DNA from: the human T2T-CHM13v2.0 reference genome, Homo sapiens
NCBI RefSeq assembly: GCF_009914755.1
Contig: NC_060926.1
DNA: 64,000 nt
Direction: 5' to 3' (one strand)
This document shows positions 59,390 to 64,000 of the stretch, one piece after another. Below the pieces are notes generated by a model. It did not search any database and was not told the origin of the DNA. It worked only from the letters and a program-made list of their open reading frames with translations. The translations under genes and the position numbers were made by a program. Numbering within the stretch: the stretch's first letter is position 1; each line of letters opens with the position of its first letter.

Positions 59390-60169
59390 TTATATATGAT
59401 GCTTCTTTTAATGCAGCCAAAAGTGATATTTGCTTTTCTCAGAACCATAATCGATACAAGATGCAGTGACCAATTCATTCCTTAAAACACCTGGGCTCCT
59501 TAAGCGGCTAGAAGACACAAGTTACATCCAGCCCATCAGGGAGCCAGAGGCGGGAGGGGTCCCCAGCCAAGCTCTGGCAGGCCTGCCATGGGGCAGGGCC
59601 TGACCGTGCAGCCAGAGGCTGGCAGAGGCCTGGGGAAGGGTGGGCAGAGGCAGCTGGGCTCTCAGTCCTGGAACCGGAGACCAAGGGCTGCTCATCAAGC
59701 TCCGTCAGGCAAGGGCGGCCTCATCTGTGCCTGGTAGATTCTAACTGCTTCCAAGGTAGAGGAGGACGCGTGCAGGAAATCGTGTCAATTGTCACCTTCT
59801 GCCTGCCTCCCACAGGGACACTCTGGGTTGGGAGCCTCTTCCAGTCCCTGGGGGCCAGGGGCATGGGGGGCCCTGGAGTGTGCCCACCCCCTTCCACCCC
59901 CTCGGAGGCATGAGGGAGGTGGTGTAATACTGCTGAAACCTTCTTGTTTACAAATGCATCAGGAGAGGCTTGGGCACCCTTTATCCAGTTTGCAAGCAAG
60001 GGGCCAAGACACATGAGCACTCACTGCGTGGGCAGGGATGAGGGCCGGGCACCCCAAGCCAGATCCTGCCACCTGGGGAGGTGCTGGCCTGTGCTTCCCA
60101 GAGGCCCCCCCCCCACCTTCTGTCGGGGTCTCATGCAGGCCCTGCTCCCGCTGGCCCCCTGGGTGGGGG

Positions 60170-60360
60170 TCATTGCCGATTCCGGCTGCCCAGCTTCCTG
60201 CGGTCCTTGTTCTGGCTGCGCTGAGGGTCATCCATCTTGTGGACACGGAAACATTCCTTGAGGTTCTGGGACCGGATCTTGGGATTCAAGATCTCCTCAG
60301 TCATGGAGCTGGGGAACCAGCCTCTCTCCTGGTCGTGCAGACGCTCGCCAAAGATCCACC
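60170..60360 (-). CDS. NGEF: NGEF (ephexin-1) last coding exon, SH3 C-half and tail ([19 protein letters not shown]...[10 protein letters not shown])
   Basis: Minus-strand CACAG acceptor (AG at 60362-60361), phase 1, TGA at 60172-60170; SH3 GW..GWFP motif. Confidence 0.96.
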
Positions 60361-60695
60361 CTGTGCAGGGAGGGGAGGGAGAGAAGGTCAGTGCTCCTGC
60401 AGGGCACAGGCTGCACAGAGGCTCCCTCCTGGCCAGGGCCCCCATCTGTGGCGGGACACTAGGGGTCCAGCTGGCCTTTCCCAAAAGGCAGCGGCTCTGC
60501 ACACCTCTGCCGAGATGCTCAGACTGGAGTCACCCCCATAAGCTGGGAGGTGCATGAGCACCTGCACGGAACAAGGCCTGCTCCGTGCCACGCAGTTCCA
60601 CGTTGACTTTGGAACCCACTCTGGGACCCTCAGCAATTCTATGCTGCCCTACACGAGCCCAGGAGACCCCAAGGGCCACTCCAAAAAGCTGGAGG

Positions 60696-60817
60696 CATTC
60701 AAGGGGCTGGTGGGGGTGGCAGCCGAGCACGTGGTTAGCTGGCGTGGACTGTGTCATTCAAGGGGCTGGTGGGGGTGGCAGCCGAGCATGTGGTTAGCTG
60801 GCCTGGACTGTGTCATT
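60696..60817. repeat. 59-bp tandem repeat, 2 copies, in NGEF last intron
   Basis: Units 60696-60754 and 60755-60813, 2 mismatches. Confidence 0.93.
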
Positions 60818-61451
60818 AGCCTCTTGCGGGGCCGATCCTCCCAGGCCTGGCCTCCTGAGGGCTGGTGTGGTCAGTGGAGAGGGTGCATCAGGAACTGGCA
60901 GCACGAGTAGTCTCAGCGTCAACTGGCTTCTCCCTGCGCTGTTTCTCCACCTCTCCCCTCCCCTAGAGATCACCAGGTCTTTGCTCAGAGTTCGTGGCCG
61001 ATCTGTAGCATATCCCAACCTGGGAGCTAAGAGGCCTGGGGCATGCCCTCTGCAGGTCTCATTTGGGAGGGGAGCAGGCTAGTTATATTCCATGGGAAGA
61101 GGGCAGGAGAGCCCCTGGGCCTTTGGGAACAGCCCACAAGAGGGACTCCCTGGAGAAGGCCTCCCCTGGAGGTCACAGCCTGAGGCCTTCTACCAGGACC
61201 CGGCAGGAGGAGAGGAAGCAGGGAAGATGCAGTTGTATACTTTGGGGATTTGGATCAGGAGCAATTACTGTAGACACACAGATGTGATTTGAAAAGGGAA
61301 AGGCGGTCAGTGTTCAATTCTACAGGGGCTGGGAGGAACTTCGCTTGGTACTGATGACAGCAGCAGGGGTGGCCAGGAGCTGGGGGCGGCTTCTTGGCCC
61401 ACATGGGGCACCGAGCCTGGCAGTCACAGGCTTTACCTGAAGCTGCAAGTA

Positions 61452-61493
61452 CAGGTCTGGGTCAGGTCAGGGTCAGGTCTGGGTCAGGTCAGG
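61452..61493. repeat. 22-bp tandem repeat made of RGGTCA half-sites
   Basis: CAGGTCTGGGTCAGGTCAGG(GT) x2. Confidence 0.85.
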
Positions 61494-61848
61494 CTTAGGA
61501 TGTTCCTGGTTGTTCTCCCTCCCACTGTGATGGGGGTGCTGAGGCCAGGGCCAGGGGAGGGGGACACGAAGCCACCCGCTTGGGCTGGGCCCACTGCGAA
61601 GGAGGAAAGGTGGGGTCTCCCGGCTCTAGGGGAGGACAGGGAGGCACTGGAAACAATTCCTCCTTTACACTGAAGAGAGGCCAGTGAAGCCAGCATGGGC
61701 AGTGTCCAAGCAGAATGTCTCAGGGAGCAAGAGACATGGCAGGACACCAGCCTGTCAGACAGTGGTGGCATCTGCTTCTCCCCCTCCCCGTCATCCCTTG
61801 TGGGGCAAGTTCCCCTGGGGGCCCCGAGGGGAGGTCCCTGGGCCTCAC

Positions 61849-61953
61849 CGTCGTCAGTCTTGTCCAGGATGTTGAGGATGTCGGCGAGCTCCAGCGTCAG
61901 CTCGTCTGGCTGCTGAGCCACGTATGGGTGCACGCACTGGACCTGGGGGCAGT
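61849..61953 (-). CDS. NGEF: NGEF coding exon, SH3 N-half ([36 protein letters not shown])
   Basis: CCCTCAG acceptor, G|GTGAGG donor, 105 nt, phase 1/1. Confidence 0.96.
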
Positions 61954-62181
61954 CTGAGGGACAAGAGGCACGGGCACATCCCCACCACCGCACTACCCAC
62001 CTGCACACTCCCACCAAGCCCGCAGCTGAGCCCTGCCTAGAATAGGAAAACTCCCACAGCAACTGGAGAAGGGCTCGTCTGAGGAAGAGGAGGATTTGTT
62101 TCCATAGAAAACGTTATTAACATAGCCAGGAGTTCTGGGAAGAAATACATGCATAAAGGCTGTGAGGGGGCCTTAGTTTAA

Positions 62182-62578
<397 letters not shown>

Positions 62579-62888
62579 TTTTTTCTAGTTAAGCTTTTCG
62601 GACAACTGGCAAACCTAAAACAGCAGTGAAGTTTGGTCCAAATTCTTCCTGGTGACTTTGTGGTACCTGTCACTTAAGGCCCATCCAGCATTCACACAGT
62701 GTGGCCATGCCAGGTTATTGGCCGGTACTAAGTTTCCAGTAGGAAGCAGCCCCTGGAGGCCCGTGCAGGCCTCTGAGACCACCAGCTCAGGGAGGGCTTC
62801 CCTCCAGGCAGGGCACACCGTGCACCTGCGGCATCCGGCAGGGCCAGCCCAAGGACAAATGGCGCCCCCTTACCCACCGGTGACTTAC

Positions 62889-62968
62889 CCAGCAGCCGGG
62901 ATGTGAACGAAACAAACTTGGTCCTCCTGTTGGGGGCCAGTGAGGTCATCCAACGCTTCATCTCACTC
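62889..62968 (-). CDS. NGEF: NGEF coding exon, end of PH domain ([26 protein letters not shown])
   Basis: GCCAG acceptor, G|GTAAGT donor, 80 nt, phase 2/1; PH C-terminal helix Trp. Confidence 0.95.
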
Positions 62969-63755
62969 CTGGCACAGGGAAGAGGACAGTGCCCCAACTG
63001 CAGATCAACGGCAGCCCCCCAACGTGTGGCACGAGGCTTCCCAGCTAGCTGCCCCTCGGATCTGCGTCCACCATCCTGAGCACCGCTCAAGCCCACCCCA
63101 GGGACAGCTCGGGGGAGCCACAGAAACGGGCTGGTCCAGGGTCTGACACATACAGGAACCCACGGAGGGGCATGGGGGAGCCCCTCTATGATGTTCCCCT
63201 GTGATGCTTTCAGAAGTCAGGCAGTGAGGGTGAGCCCACAGGGTAACAAGTCCCACCAAGTAACGCGTAAGAGCACATTCCGTGGCCACAGCCACGCCAC
63301 CAAAGCCACAGTTTCTCATCCCGACAGGTCCTGCCCTGGTCCACGTCAGCTGCAGCCCCAGGTCTGGGCAGGGGAGGATATCTGGTGAGTTGTGGGTAAG
63401 GGGCAGCTTCGGGGCCACGACGGGAGGAGGGCAGAGCCTCAGCTCCGCAGGCCACGAGGGAGTTCCACTCCACGAGTGCACTGCAATCTCAGCTCACTGC
63501 AACCTCCACAGTTCCAGGCTCAAGGCCTGCAAAGCATCTCTCCCCACATTTAGCTTGCTTGTCCCTCGTGGGGGGCCTAGGGCTGCAGGGCAGGGGTCCC
63601 AGCTGCTCAGAGAGGTGAAGAGATGAGCTCAATGCCACACAGCAAGTGGCAGCAGGGAGCAGGAGGATGGTGGTTCCCTACTCAGCCTGACTCAAGGGTT
63701 CTCAAAGGGCTCATCCAAAAAGAGGGACTCGCCCAGAGTCTGAAGCCCCAAGGGA

Positions 63756-63756
<1 letters not shown>

Positions 63757-63788
<32 letters not shown>

Positions 63789-63813
63789 CGCACACACGTA
63801 CACGCGTACACGC
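63757..63813. repeat. (CA)n microsatellite with CG interruptions
   Basis: Direct reading. Confidence 0.95.
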
Positions 63814-64000
63814 ATCCAGGAACCTGCAGCCACCCCCAGCGGCTCCATAGAAAGTATTGGCGCAGGGTCTGGACGGGAAGGATGGGCAGGTCGGCTCCAC
63901 ACAGAGCGTGTGTGGTGCCTTGTTCCACCTGGGGACAGGCCCATAGGCATCGAGGCCACACAGAAAGGTGCCACGGGTAGCACTGGGCGTGTGGCGGCGA

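Larger units (their letters stand above)
59330..59440 (-). mobile_element. L3/CR1 fragment carrying the poly(A) signals
   Basis: Minus frame reads RKANITFGCIKRSIIYKIKKMKVYSLL, resembling the CR1 ORF2 motif KKANxILGCIxRSIxSRSREVIxPLYSAL. Confidence 0.6.

Noticed and set aside
60696-60817. Direct repeats as a CRISPR-like array
   Set aside because: Eukaryotic intron, contiguous units without spacers, no cas genes.

Overview
Human (or very close hominid) genomic DNA recognisable as the GIGYF2-SNORC-NGEF region (chr2q37.1, from gene identity). The + strand carries the last nine coding exons of GIGYF2 (588-37546, 508 C-terminal codons, all GT-AG introns with matching phases) and its 3'UTR, followed by the complete three-exon SNORC (C2orf82) CDS (51025-57039, 121 aa). 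The - strand carries the last three coding exons of NGEF/ephexin-1 (end of PH domain, SH3 domain) and its 3'UTR, converging on SNORC. The first ~49.8 kb is AT-rich and packed with nested repeats (about 35 Alus, old L1M, Tigger1, L1PA, L1PB, MER82, MIR, L2, L3, LTRs, a Y4 RNA retrocopy); the rest is GC-rich with a CpG island on the SNORC 3' end. No new gene system is supported. The most notable observations are: a TTAA-flanked piggyBac element with two MER75-type left arms enclosing a PGBD4-like transposase fragment; back-to-back SNORC/NGEF poly(A) signals inside an apparent CR1/L3 fossil; a COL2A1-like double SOX-dimer site in SNORC intron 1; a predicted NMD-immune secreted SNORC form from retention of the G-rich last intron; and several templated-insertion scars. 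Exon coordinates were counted exactly. Repeat boundaries and subfamilies are approximate and rest on recalled consensus sequences, not on a search.
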